Assembly: GCA_951406725.2 (NCBI GenBank)
Contig: OX597825.1
Location: 62,248,001-62,312,000, forward strand
Direction of reading: 5' to 3'
Origin: Octopus vulgaris
Taxonomy: Eukaryota
Length of the DNA: 64,000 bases
The notes beneath the pieces are model-generated. The model saw nothing but the letters and a program-made list of their open reading frames with translations. It was not told the origin of the DNA and ran no database searches. Within the stretch, counting starts at the first letter, position 1. Every line of letters begins with the position of its first letter. Position numbers and translations under genes: made by a program. Positions 40,096 to 53,154 of this stretch are shown piece after piece.

Positions 40096-40229
40096 CTTTT
40101 AAATTTCATGTTTTTTAAGATTATATTGTATCATTTATTATTTAGAGTAACATTCAAGTACCATTGCCATTGTTAGTCCAATTTCTGGTTCAACTCCATA
40201 CTACAGCGACGTGATTATTGGTTTTTAAT

Positions 40230-40742
40230 GGGGAAAAGACAGAGAGAGAGAAAGAGACAGGCAGATAGACAGACAGACAGACAGACAAACAAATAGAGAG
40301 ATAGATGTATAAAGAGGGAATGACTGATAGAAAATGGAGGAGAATAAGTAAGAGAGAGAGAGAGAGTAAACAAACATAGAAAGAAGATTGGGAGAGGATA
40401 AGTAAGAGCAGAAGAGAGGGCTGAGTGAAATGTGAATATGATTTGGGAGATAGAGGAGGCAGCATAAGAGAGAAAGAGAGGAAGTTACAGCAGTAGGAGG
40501 AAGAAGGGTGTAAGAGGGTAACTCAAATGCAAAGACAGAAAGAGAAAGGCAGGGATGGAGATAGAGAGACTGAAAGACAGACGGACTGGCAGGAAGACAG
40601 AAAGATAGATATATAAAGAGAAGATGATTGATAGAAAGGGGAGGAGAATAAATGGGAAAAAGAGTAAACAAACATAGAAAGAAGAAGAGTGGAAGAGGAT
40701 AAGTTACAGTAAAATAGAGTGCCAAGAGAAATGTGAATACGA
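40230..40742. repeat. Diverged GA-rich tandem duplication (about 300-bp period)
   Basis: AGAGTAAACAAACATAGAAAGAAGA...GAGGATAAGT...GAAATGTGAATA occurs twice. Confidence 0.7.
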
Positions 40743-41069
40743 AAAGATTCTTGAGTAAATAATGTTAAAAAGATTTTATTTCTATAATTATTAATTATTT
40801 TGCTATATATCTTATATGAATATAAAAGTTATAATACACTGAATATTTTAACATAAAGTATATGCAATTTTAACCGAGTTTAAGAAAGTTAATGGAAATG
40901 AATCAATTGAAAAGAGTCGGTATTTCTAATGCATGTTGAGGTTACTGAATTATAATCAAGGTTCGTTTGAGCTTGAGCCAAAATTTTGTTGGGTTAAGCA
41001 CATTTAGTGCTTGACCAATATATATATATATATATATAGGTATGTATGTATGTATGTATGTATGCATGC

Positions 41070-41252
41070 ATGTATGTGTCTCTCCTTGTTTCTTTCCGTG
41101 TTTCTTTTCTGTGTATCTTTTTGTTGAAGAGCGTAGGCTCGAAATGTAAAAGACTTGTTTTATTTATATTCCTGAGCGCCATACTAATACAATTGTTTGT
41201 TTGTATTCCACCTGCCTTCGTCTTTTGTTTATTTTCATAAAGCTTCCCGTTA
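41070..41252 (+). mobile_element. PLE pLTR-like fragment in a (TA)n tract
   Basis: TCTTT-TTGTTGAA-GAGC-GTAG-GCTC-GAAA-TG-TA-AAAGA; homologous to 28138-28335. Confidence 0.7.
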
Positions 41253-41267
41253 TATGTATATGTATAC

Positions 41268-41302
<35 letters not shown>

Positions 41303-42764
41303 AAAATGGATAAGAAAGGAAAAATTAGTTATGTTATGAACTTCATTATCTTACAGCTTTTCCTGCCATTAGTGGACTCGTAATTGTTTGCCTGAATAAT
41401 ACTCTATAGCTTCATGTTAACTCTATGTTAACATGCCATTCTCAGTATTTGCTTATTCCTGATGAAATCTTTCTAGCCAGGTACTTTATTGATAAAGGTA
41501 CCAGTCACAAACTAGAGAAATACCAAAATACTGATAATGGTTAGATCTTCATTAAGAATTATTGTTAGATATCATTGCATGATTTCTTAGCAGATCTTTG
41601 CCTTGAAGATATTTTCTGTGGTACTTTCTGACAAAGTATAATTCTACTGAAAAAAAATGTAGATGGAGAGGTTGTGTGTTAAAAACAGAGTCTCTTCAAA
41701 CCTGCGTCTAGGTCTGAATGCTTGCAACAGAATGAGAAGTGACAATGGCCTAACATCTTTGCCCTGGGTTGATAATGATGTCAGTTATTGCTTCCTCAAT
41801 AGATACAGGAACTATTGTCTATACACCAGCAGGAATAGTTAAACTAATCTTTCTTGACATTTTCTAGAATAAGAAATCTTAAATTTGTGAATATGTTCTC
41901 ACAGTGGCCAGGGAGACTCATTCTTATCTAATAAATAATGCCATTTAAAAAATCAATATGGGAATACGATAGCATTTGGAAATTTCAGAAATAAAATACA
42001 AATGGTTCCTTCTAAAAATATGATACTCTTCATTGATCTTTCATTTCAGAGATTAAAAACATTATATTGAAAACTTTGGACTGTGATTATGTCTATTAGA
42101 GATATGGCAAGGTGAATTAAGAAGGTATTATATATACCGACAATACAAGAGATATATTTTAATTTGTTTATTTTGAAAAAAGAGTTGTGAATATGTTTTC
42201 ATTATTGATTGGTCAAATGATATCATATTTCAATAGGCTGCTTTTAATTGGGCAAATAAACAATTACCACATGCAATTAATTGTCTGACAATTAATTCCA
42301 AATGTCATTCATTCTAAAGTGTAGCAACATTTAACAATGAGATGTAATTTTAACAGAATAATGTAATTTAAATTGCAAAGAAAGAATGCATCCAAATTAA
42401 GCTGTTTTCTATTAGAATGGAATAAATGTCAAAAACTGATCATTTATAATATTGTTTATGGCTTCCATGCATTTCAGATGTGTAACTGCATTGTGTGTGT
42501 GTGTTAGTGTGTGTGTGAATGCACTAAATGATAGTAAGTTAGAGAAATAAATGTGCTGGTATGGACATTGCAAGGTAATGGACTTCTACAAACCAATCTA
42601 CAAGCAAGGAATAATTTCAGTTTTTGCTTTCAGTGATACATAAAAATTGCAATAGAGAGACATGTAATTTATAATAGCCCACTGCAAACAATGTTGAAAA
42701 TTGTACAAGCACGGTTGCATCATTAACAAGCTTACCTTTAGAACCATATGGTTAGTTGGTTCAA

Positions 42765-43367
42765 CTACGGTAGCGAGCTGGCAGAAACGTTAGCACACCG
42801 GGTGAAATGCGTAGCCGTATTTCGTCTGCCGTTACGTTCTGAGTTCAAATTCCACTGAGATCGAATTTGCCTTTCATCCTTTCCGGGTCAATTAAATAAG
42901 TACCAGTTGCACACTGGGGTCGATATAATCGACTTAATCCGTCTGTGTGTCCTTGTTTGTCTCCTCTATGTTTAGCCCCTTGTGGGTAGTAAAGAAACAG
43001 GTATTTCGTCTGCTGCTATGTTCTGAGTTCAAATTCTGCCGAGATCGACTTTACCTTTCATCCTTTCGGGGTCGATAAATTAAGTACCAGTTACACACTG
43101 GGGTCGATATAATCGACTTAACCCGTTTGTCTGTCCTTGTTTGTCTCCTCTGTGTTTAGCCCCTTGTGTGTAGTAAAGAAACAGGTATTTCGTCTGCAGC
43201 TACGTTCTGAGTTCAAATTCTGCCGAGGTCGACTTTGCCTTTCATCCTTTCAGGGTCGATTAAATAAGTACCAGTTACACACTGGGGTCGATATAATCAA
43301 CTTAATCCGTTTGTCTGTCCTTGTTTGTCCTCTTTGCGTTTAGCCCCTTGTGGACAGTAAAGAAATA
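42765..43367 (+). mobile_element. SINE family A with a triplicated 184-bp body
   Basis: One head, then units starting at 42817, 43001 and 43185; TSD GGTTAGTWGGTTCAA (42750-42764 / 43368-43382). Confidence 0.9.
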
Positions 43368-44174
43368 GGTTAGTAGGTTCAATCCTCAAGCATGGGTGCT
43401 GTCAGCTAGCATACGGTACTATGGCCAGGAGATGACCAATACTTTATTTGAAAATTTGGTAAACTGAAGCTGAAGAAACTTGTTGAATACATCCATATAT
43501 CTGTGCATGTGTTTGCTTTTGTGTGCCTGAGTGTGTGTGTGTGTGTGTATTTGTGTGAGTTTGTGTTTTCACATATTTTCATGCGTATTTGTTGATTGTA
43601 AACAAAAGGCTGTTTTATTTCCATGTAACTAAGTCTGGGCTGTTTCTTGTTCAATAGGCAGAGGAATTATTTTTGTTTGCTTGGAAACAGGTCAGGGTCA
43701 ACATCAGAAAGGTCACTTCACCATAGGAATGTCTGTGCCAACATATTCTCATCTGACCTATGCAAACATAGAAAAGTTGACGTTAAAACATAGATGACAA
43801 TGGCGATGATGACAGTGATGACAATGAGGAAAAGGAAGAACGATGGTGAGGATACTGAGGTGGAAGAAGAGGGTGATGGTGGTGGTGGTGGTAATGATCA
43901 TGGTGATGATAATGGCAATGGTGGTGGTTGTGAGGATGATGATGATGAGGAAGATGTTGATGACAACAATGAGATGACGACTAATAACAATGACGATGGT
44001 GATGACACAGGTATAGCTGTGTGGTAAGAAGTGTGTGTGTGTGTGTGTGTGTTGATGTGTATGTGAGACTTGTCTCCTCACCACCTCCACTTGACAATCG
44101 GTGTTGGTTTGTTTACATCCCAGTAATTTAACCATTGCAGTTTGGGGAAAAGATCTGATAGATTAGGTACTAGG

Positions 44175-45272
44175 GAGCAATAAACACTGAAGATGTATAG
44201 GAAACAGATTCCATCACAAGTCAGAGAGAGAAATAGATAAGTCAGAGAAGTAGATAATAGCTTCTGCTACCTAGGTGACCAAGTGTGTTGAGGGGATGGT
44301 TGCTCTGAGAGTGTAGTGGCTGGAATAAGAATAGCCTGGACAATGTTCAGGGAGCTCCTACCTCTGCTAGCAACTAAGGACCTCTCGCTCAGGATGAAAG
44401 GTAGACTGTATGATGCATGTGTGTGAACTGCCAAGCTACATGGCAGTGAAACATGGGCCATGACTGCTGAGGACATTGACAGAGTGTAAGCACCCTGAAA
44501 CAAAAGCTGGGCATAAGAAGCATCAAATGTAGTGTGCAAGAGAGATGACTGTGCTGGTATGGTCATGTGTTATGTATGGATGAGGGCAGATGTGAGGAAG
44601 TGCCACTTACTAACTGTAGAAGGAACCCCATGGAAGAGCTACACCCAGGAAGACCTGGGATGAGGTGGTGAAGCATGACCTTCATACATTTGGCCTCACA
44701 GAAACAATGACAGAAGACAAAGACCTTTGGAGATATGCTGTGATTGAGAAGACCTTGCAACTAAAGTGAGATCACAGCCATGCATGTCCGGCCCAGTTAA
44801 GAGTACCCCTGCATGGAGTGATGTGATATGCTTGAAAAGACCTGTTGAGCCAAGTAAAACCAATATTGTAGCTGTAGTCAGTGCCCCATGACTGGCTACT
44901 GTGCAGGTGGCATGTAAAAAGCATCATCCAAATGTGGTTGATGCCAGGTCTGCCTGACTGGCTCTCGTGCTGGTGGCACATAAAAAGCACCATCCAAACG
45001 TGGCTGATGCCAGTAAACCTTGTCTGGCCCCCATACTGGTGGTATGTAAAAAGCACTATCTGATCATGATCGATGCCAGACCTACCTGACTGACTCCTGT
45101 GCCAGTGGCACATAAAAAGCATCCACTACACTCTCAGAGTGGTTGATGTTAGGAAGGGCATCCAGCTGTAGAAACATTGTCAGATCAGATTGTGGCCTGG
45201 TGCAGCCACTGGCTCTCCAGACCTCAGTCAAACCAATACCAGCTTGGAAAAAGGACGTTAAACGATGATGAA
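44175..45272 (+). mobile_element. RTE LINE 3' fragment
   Basis: SFCYLGD...IAWTMFRELLPLL...KGRLYDACV...HGSETWAM...PRKTWDEVVKHDL; 3'UTR with about 58-bp sub-repeats; AAACGATGATGA tail. Confidence 0.9.
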
Positions 45273-45852
45273 GCATGGGGTCGATTTCTTTGACTATGTT
45301 CTTTCAAGAAGGTACCCCAGCCACAGTCCAAAAACTGAAATAAGAAATAGGCTAAAAAGTAATGATGAGAGGAGATGATTGAACATAATATAATGAATGT
45401 TATGAAATATTATATTGGACAAATTGCTTATGAGACCTGCTGTACTTCGTTATTAGGCAATACTAAAACTGAGGTTGGAATCAGCAATGAATTCAGTGTA
45501 GTAATTAATGCACAATGAGATGTGTGTGGTAGTGGTGGTGGTGGTGATGGTGGTGGTTTTGTCATAAGTCTTCTATTTGCAATTATAATCATGGTTTATC
45601 ACACAGAAGTTCTTAACAAAGAAGTCAAAAAAAAAAAAAAAAGAAAATTCTTTTGTGTAAACTAACTAACCCTAGGGAAGATTTCTAACAAAGAATTTCT
45701 GATGATTCACATGTGTTTAATGGTGACAACCCAGCATGGGCTCTGCTTCTGGCAAAGTAAATGACTGCATTGCAAACCTGGATATGATTTTGCTAAAAAT
45801 TTTGGACAGAATTCACTAAATTTCAGGAATATTCAGAAAGAAATTTTATTTC

Positions 45853-46425
45853 CTCTTTATAAAGACAAAAGAAAGAAATTCAGTTGTGTCTGGGGAGAGT
45901 CATTTTCTTTTTGTGCCTTATAATGTAACATGCTCACCGGTAAATGACTATTGAAAAGGTTACAAGACGCAATGAAAATTTTAGGAAAATAAAAATAAGG
46001 AATAAGTGGAAATTTTACCAGTGAGTGTGTTACATTATAAGGCACAAAAAGAAAATGACTCTCCCCAGACACAACAGAATATGCTTCAACACACGAACTC
46101 ATATAAAAAATCTTGCAAACCAAATCCAAAAACGTGTATTTTAGTCTCTCTTTATAAAGACACAAGAAAGAAGTCCAATTGTGTCTGGGGAGAGTCATTT
46201 TCTTTTTGTGCCTTATAATGTAACTCACTCACTGGTAAATGACTATTGAAAAGGTTACAAGACGCAATGAAAATTTTAGGAAAATAAAAATAAGGAATAA
46301 GTGGAAATTTTACCGGTGAGTGTGTTACATTATAAGGCACAAAAAGAAAATGACTCTCCCCAGACACAACAGAATATGCTTCAACACACGAACTCATAAA
46401 GAATCTTGTAAACGAAATCCAAAAA
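45853..46425. repeat. Tandem repeat, 295-bp unit x about 1.9, each unit with a 62-bp internal inverted repeat
   Basis: CTCTTTATAAAGACA at 45853 and 46148; arms 45883-45944 / 46014-46075. Confidence 0.92.
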
Positions 46426-46778
46426 AACGATAGAAATTCAATTTCTGGGAAATTGTTGAAAGAATTGAATACATAGAAATGTGCTGCTATATATGATCTT
46501 TGGTATATTGGCCAGCTGTCAGAAGTTAAGATGCTTGGTATACACTAGAGTAGCTATAATAAGTCTTGTTGCCCAGCTACATGGCATATGTAAAAGAGGT
46601 TACTGCTATGACCATATTCTATTTGCTCTGATATACATTCTGCTTGTGACACATCTATAAAGAGGTTTCCTTTCAGACAAACCTGCAATATCATGCCTTT
46701 CAAATGTGTATATCCATTTAGTATGGATATATAGGTGGTGATACATGCATCCATACTTATACACACACACACACACAC

Positions 46779-46820
<42 letters not shown>

Positions 46821-47344
46821 GTACATATGTATATACACACACAAATACACACAAAACAGGCCTTTTCTTAGTGCCCATTAGCCAAATTCCATGCATAAGG
46901 TATTGGTGAACACAAGGCATTTACTGAGGGTGATAGGTATTGGGATGAAATCCAGAACCATAAGGCTGCAAAGCTAATATCTAACCCAGGTTTACCTTCA
47001 TGCATCTGGAGTCAGACATATGGAGTAAAAATGACACAAAAAATATTTGAATAAAGATGAAAGGCAGTATTTAAGAAGTGAGTTGCTACAACTGAAATTG
47101 TGGGATGAAAGGCTGAGGAGAATATAAGAGGCGGGGAAAATGACATTGGTAGTATCATCAATACTAAACATAGTTTATACAACCACCACCAGGACAAAAT
47201 TGATAATATTTATTCTCCACCGAAGCAAGGCTCGATAACCTCACTACCACCTCGTAGTTAAAAAAAAAAATTAATAAATAAATTAATAAATAGATAATTC
47301 GGAGGGGTCTCTACTAAACCAACCTCTCAGTCCACAAAAAAAAA

Positions 47345-47975
47345 TCACACTGCCGCTGTGATTGCTGCCACCACATTTGCCCCTGCCGCTGCTGCTGCAT
47401 CCACTTCTGTTGCCGCCTCAGTTGGCATCTCTGTTGCTTCCACTGCTGCCACCTTTGTTTTCCCTACTGCTGCCTCCACCAGTGCCACTGCTGCCACCAG
47501 TGCTGCTACTACCACCACTGCCAGCCCCACCACTGCTGCCACCACCACCACAGCTGCCACCACCACCACTGCTGCCACCACCACCACCACTGCTGCCACC
47601 ATCACCACTGCTGCCACCACCACCACTGCTGCCACCACCACCACTGCTACCACCACCACCACTGCAGCCACCACCACCAAATCTGCCACCACCACCACTG
47701 CTGCCACCACCACCACTGCTGCCACCATCACCACAGCTGCCACCACCACCACTGCTGCCACCACCACCACTGCTGGCACCACCACCACTGCTGCCACCAC
47801 CACCACTGCTGGCACCACCACCACTACTGGCACCACCACCACTGCTGCCACCACCACCACTGCTGCCATCATCACCACTGCTGCCACCACCACCACCACC
47901 ACCACCACCACCACCAATACCACCATTGCAGCGACCAATACCACTACTGTCACCACTACCTCCACCACCACCATT
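47345..47975. repeat. Trinucleotide-based minisatellite, about 18-bp unit GCTGCCACCACCACCACT
   Basis: Directly visible; open in several frames. Confidence 0.9.
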
Positions 47976-48785
47976 AGGGTAATGATAATGATGGTAATGC
48001 AAGAGTGTATACTTCCAGAAGTCTAGATATGAAATGAACCAAATGTGATTATAATAGAAAGACACGAAATCAGGGTCATGGCAAAGAACATGGCAAAGAA
48101 CATGGCATTGAAGTGGGGTGAGAAGCTGATGATGATGACAATGAGCTTTCATAAAAAGCCAAAATAATAATCCTGAGGTAGAATTCACACTACAGCTACT
48201 TTGGTTAGCAATATTGTTAGTATTCTTGAGAGTGGAATAAATCTGCTGATATTGAAAGAGATTCAAGCTACTGTCTGTTGTTTTGCATAGACTACAATAG
48301 TATGTGAAATGAGTTCACCTACATAAACTGTGTTATATTTTAAGACTTGTAACCATTTCTCATTTATATTACTTCTAACCCCAATTTTAAAGTCAATAAG
48401 CCAAGGTATTGATAGAAATTATTTTCATAATTCAATTATCTGTACCATGACATGTAATTTTAGATTTTAAAATCGTCGTTTCCATTTCCCTCTCGTCAAT
48501 GTATTCAACACTTTGATGCTGAGTCAATGGAGATGCTTTTTAATGGTTGTTTGACTTGCTAGAAATAGCAGCTAAATATTTGAAACCAATAATACGTGGC
48601 AGTGGTGCGCATACATTTTTTAGCTGTAAAATGCAAAGGAAATGGAAATATCCATTTTAAAAGAATAATTCTAACTCTCATTTAAAAGAAAATATTTTTT
48701 GAAGAAGCTGATAGTTTGCTGTAATACATTTAGCACTTTATTTAATATCTTATGGACAAATAATTTTGGAAATTGTTGTTCTATA

Positions 48786-48805
48786 TATCATCATCATCAT
48801 CATCG

Positions 48806-48862
<57 letters not shown>

Positions 48863-49082
48863 CCATCACCATTATCATCATTGTTATGCACACTTCCTAT
48901 GCTGTATGGATTGGATGGTTCAACAGGATCCAACAGGAAGAAGGAAATGCTTCTTCAATCAAATGTCTTAGTTTTAGTATGTTTTCTGTGGTTGGATGCC
49001 CATTCCAGTGCCACCAACCACTTTCCTGAGTGTGTTGGATACATTTTGTGTCGCACCAGCATTAGCGAGGTTGCCATGTAAT
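48786..49082 (-). mobile_element. Old RTE tail with expanded (CAT)n
   Basis: TGGATGCCCATTCCAGTGCCACCAACCACTTT after a long (CAT)n tract. Confidence 0.6.
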
Positions 49083-49274
49083 TTGAAAAATGGAACATAA
49101 TAAAGAAGTACTTGGTGTAAATGTGAAGATATGCTAGTTGAACATGTAGGCACATAAAGTTATATCATCATCATCATCATCATCATTGTTTAAATATGTA
49201 AATATAAATATATGCAAGCTCAAATATATAACCACACACACATATATTTATATATATATCTATATACATATATA

Positions 49275-49582
49275 TGGAGGTGCAATGGCTCAGTGATTAG
49301 GGCAGTGGACTCGTGGTTGGAAGATCGCAGTTTCGATTCCCAGACCGGGTGTTGTGTGTGTTTATTAAGTGAAAACACCTAAAAGCTCCACAAGGCTCCG
49401 ACAGGGGGTGCTGGTGACCCCTGTTATACTCTTTTGCCACGACTTTCTCTCACTCTCTCTATTCCTGTTTCTTGAGTAACGCTGCGATGGACTCGTGTCC
49501 CGTCCAGCTGGATGGAACACATATGCCACAGAAACCGGGAAACTGGGCCTGGCTAGGCTTGAACAGGGTGACGTTTATCGTT
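49275..49582 (+). mobile_element. SINE family C
   Basis: TGGCTCAGTGATTAGG, GTTTCGATTCCC, CTGCGATGGACTCGTGTCCCGTCCAG. Confidence 0.85.
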
Positions 49583-51017
49583 TTACGTGTTTATATACAT
49601 ATATATGCCTATCTATCGGTATAGGTATGTACGTGGCTATACTGATTGATATTTTGTATAGTACATAGAGTATTCCTATTAAGTTCATGGAGAATCCATT
49701 ATCATTTAAGTCAGCAGTTATAAAATATTAAAGGAAAGCAAAGGAGCATATGATAATTGTTGTAAGGAGGGTTGAACCAGTGATCCTGTGGTCAACAACC
49801 CAACAACTATAGTCTATACTTTAAAAAAAAATAGAAATGAATAATTTAAAATGATCATGAATCACTTAAACAAAATATCCATTTTGATGTCTGTAATTGC
49901 ATACAGTTTTCCTGGAAGTTATGATTATATCACACCAGGACCAAAGTAATTGCTCAGATTACAGAGATCAAACATTTGCCAGATTGTTGGAAAACTACTT
50001 ATCAAAAAGTATTAGTTATTATTATTATTATGCTGTATTTCCGTGATTGTGGCTTCATCAGCGGGCTCCAGATTTGTGAGAAAATTTTTCGAAGTGGTCA
50101 GTGTGATAAGACATATAACGCTACACCTATATTATCATCACTCCTCCAAGCAAACAGATATCGAAATAAAGAACATGTGCTAATTTTGTCCATAAAGAAA
50201 AACTTCAGCAGATAATTACCCTTAGTAGACATAGTCATTTCTCAATTCAGTACCATATAACTATAAAAACAATTTCCTTGCTAAAACTAATGCATTACTG
50301 CAAATTACTAGCAACGCACTGTTATTATCATCTCTATATTTAGGTTTTCAGTTACCTAAATATTTAAATGAAATTACACTTAAGTAACAACTATACTTAC
50401 AATCAGCTGTAGAAGGGGTATAAAGAATTATTAGTGCTTCAAAAATAACAAAACTTAGTAGAAAAGTTTCAATGATATATTTATTTCCAAATCTGTTTTC
50501 TCTAATCTTAGCTTTCTTCATTTTTATCATCAACATCTGGAAGAGAGATAGACAAAGTGAGGGGGAGAGAAAGAAAGAAGAGAAAGATATAAAACGTGTG
50601 AGAGAGAGGAGAGAGGGGAGAGAGATTCAAAAAGTGGGAGAGAAGGAGAAAGAGTAGAAAGTAAAAGAGCGAAGGAGTGAGTTGAAATCACTAAGAAGAC
50701 GTGGGAAACGATGGTAAGTTCAACAGTTGAACGATAATAAATGTTTACATATTCATATACTACCTGCATATGTATTTGCATATATGTGCATTCTCACTAT
50801 TCTTCTTTGCATATGCACATAAAATTGCTTACATAATGGATATTTATATGTAGATCAAAATATAGTTCAGTGTGCAAAGATTTGGACAGGGATTTGTAAA
50901 TCTATTAAGAAATTAAAAGCTTAAAGTAGATTTTTTTTTTCAAAGCTAAGACTAAACCCTAAATCAATCCAAAATGCAATTCAGAAGCAGCTGCTTATTT
51001 AGACTCCCTAAAGTGAA

Positions 51018-51052
<35 letters not shown>

Positions 51053-52089
51053 ATGAATAAATAAATATATAAAACTTCTTGGTTATTTTACTGAACTTTC
51101 TGAGTTCATACAGCACTGAAGGTAATCATAATGAAAGGAGATAAATTGGGTTGGGTGATGATATGATGATTAGCAAAGCACATGATCAAATGCTATACTA
51201 ATGATAGTATTAACATTGTATCATGGCAAATATATGTGCTTCATTATGTTGTGAGTTATATTTCAAAGGGTCATGCACAAAGGGGACAGATAAACAGTTC
51301 TGTTCTCGTGTAGTTGTGAAGATAACAATACGATGATGATAGGTTTTGGTTTTTATGAGTGAAACGCTTATTTTGGTTATCCTTTTCATTTGTATATTAT
51401 ATTATTGATTATTGGACAGAAAGGAACGAACTAAATGGCATAAATTGTATGATAAAGAATGGTATTGAGGGCTGTGTTACTAACAATGATTGAAACCACG
51501 TGTGGAAGCGTAGCAAATGATAAGGACTCTACACAAATACGTGAAATGATAAGGAGTTAATATGAACCAAATGATAAGAAATTTACTCAAATAAACCAAA
51601 TTGATAAGAGATATAGTTGCTTCTACATTTTCCCTCTTACATCTGAATTATATATCAAGTTAACTAATGTATATCAATTTCATTTATATTACTTAAATGT
51701 ATTTTAAACTAAGCATACACCTTCTGCTTACACAAAGATATATTGGTCTTGTTATTTTCAGATTTCTGTTAACATTTTATGAAGAGTCACTGAAATATAT
51801 TCCAACCATAATCTTATACCTCTATATATAGCCTACATATGCACATTTCTGTATTTTACGTATAAAATGTTGAAGATATTCAATAGAATAGCAAGAAAGA
51901 CCAGTTTGAGTGGGATATTCTTTTTGGTATCATAATCATAATATAGAGTGGTTCCTCTCTGTCAGATCAATGTTTAGTCCTCAGCAAACTTACCATATCT
52001 TACTGCCGTTCTAAATAGTCACTGTGAATAAATATCTGAAAAGTATAAAGATCTAATTTAGGTTAATTTCCACTGTGTATACACACACG

Positions 52090-52156
<67 letters not shown>

Positions 52157-52199
52157 ACACATGAATATGTATATACATATATACATACCTATACATAGG

Positions 52200-52329
52200 C
52201 ATAGGAAGGGCATCCAGCTGTAGAAACTCTGCCAGATCAAGATTGAAGCCTGGTGCAGCCATCTGGTTTGCCAGCCTGCAGTCATATGTCCAACCCATGC
52301 TAGCATGGAAAGCGGACGTTAAACGATGA

Positions 52330-52330
<1 letters not shown>
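52200..52330 (+). mobile_element. RTE-type LINE 3' tail
   Basis: TAGGAAGGGCATCCAGCTGTAGAAAC...GGACGTTAAACGATGAT. Confidence 0.85.
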
Positions 52331-52362
<32 letters not shown>

Positions 52363-52435
52363 GAGAATATTATTGTTTATAATAATATCAGTGGCTTAGA
52401 ATACATAAAAACCCATAACAGTAAAAAAATTAGCA

Positions 52436-52815
52436 ATTAATAATTAAGGGTACTAACAAGCGGTACCGGCATGCTAAATATAGCAGCCAACATGACCAAA
52501 CCATAAATAGTCACTTAAACACAAAGGTAAAAGCGGGCAAATGAATAAAATTCCTAAGACCTCATATCAATGATGAAAATAATTGAAGATTGAAAAGCCA
52601 GACACACCCATATCACCGTGATTTCGAGCTTTGAGAAAACACTTTGTTCATCTTCAACTTTTCAATCTTTTTCAATCTTCAATTATTTTCGTCATTGTTA
52701 CGGGGTCTTTGGATTTTTTTTCATTGGCCCACTTTCACCTTTGCCTGCAGTTTTGTCATGTTGGCTGCTATATCTAGCATGCTGGTACTGTTTGTTAGTA
52801 CCCTTAATTATTAAT
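52436..52815. mobile_element. Inverted-repeat cassette, probably PLE pLTR-derived
   Basis: Arms 52436-52596 / 52669-52815; spacer holds an HHR 3' half on the minus strand. Confidence 0.7.
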
Positions 52816-53062
52816 ACATACCTATATAGATATGTGTGTCTGTATGCATAAACATTTACACACACACATGTATACTTGAATAGAACATTATTTTCGTCTT
52901 TTTTCTTTCATTTGGATATCTGATGAATTATTGGAATAATTCTACCAAATGTCACATAAAATTCTGTAGAGAGTTCAGATAAATTACAGAACGTTTTTGC
53001 AGCTCATTTATAAGTGAATGTATATGATATATGATAGAGATAGGAGGAAAGAGAGAAGGAAA

Positions 53063-53111
<49 letters not shown>

Positions 53112-53154
53112 TACAAAGCAATAACAATGGCTTCAAATGTATTGTGGATTCCTC

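Noticed and set aside
44880-45125. Repeat-spacer-like pattern (AAAAAGCA..ATC every about 58 bp)
   Set aside because: Tandem sub-repeats of an RTE 3'UTR in eukaryotic DNA, not a CRISPR array
50030-50086. CTGATGA...GAAA on the minus strand (similar cases at 1772, 19534, 41459, 52920)
   Set aside because: Missing stem II/III pairing or the GAAA box; compatible with chance
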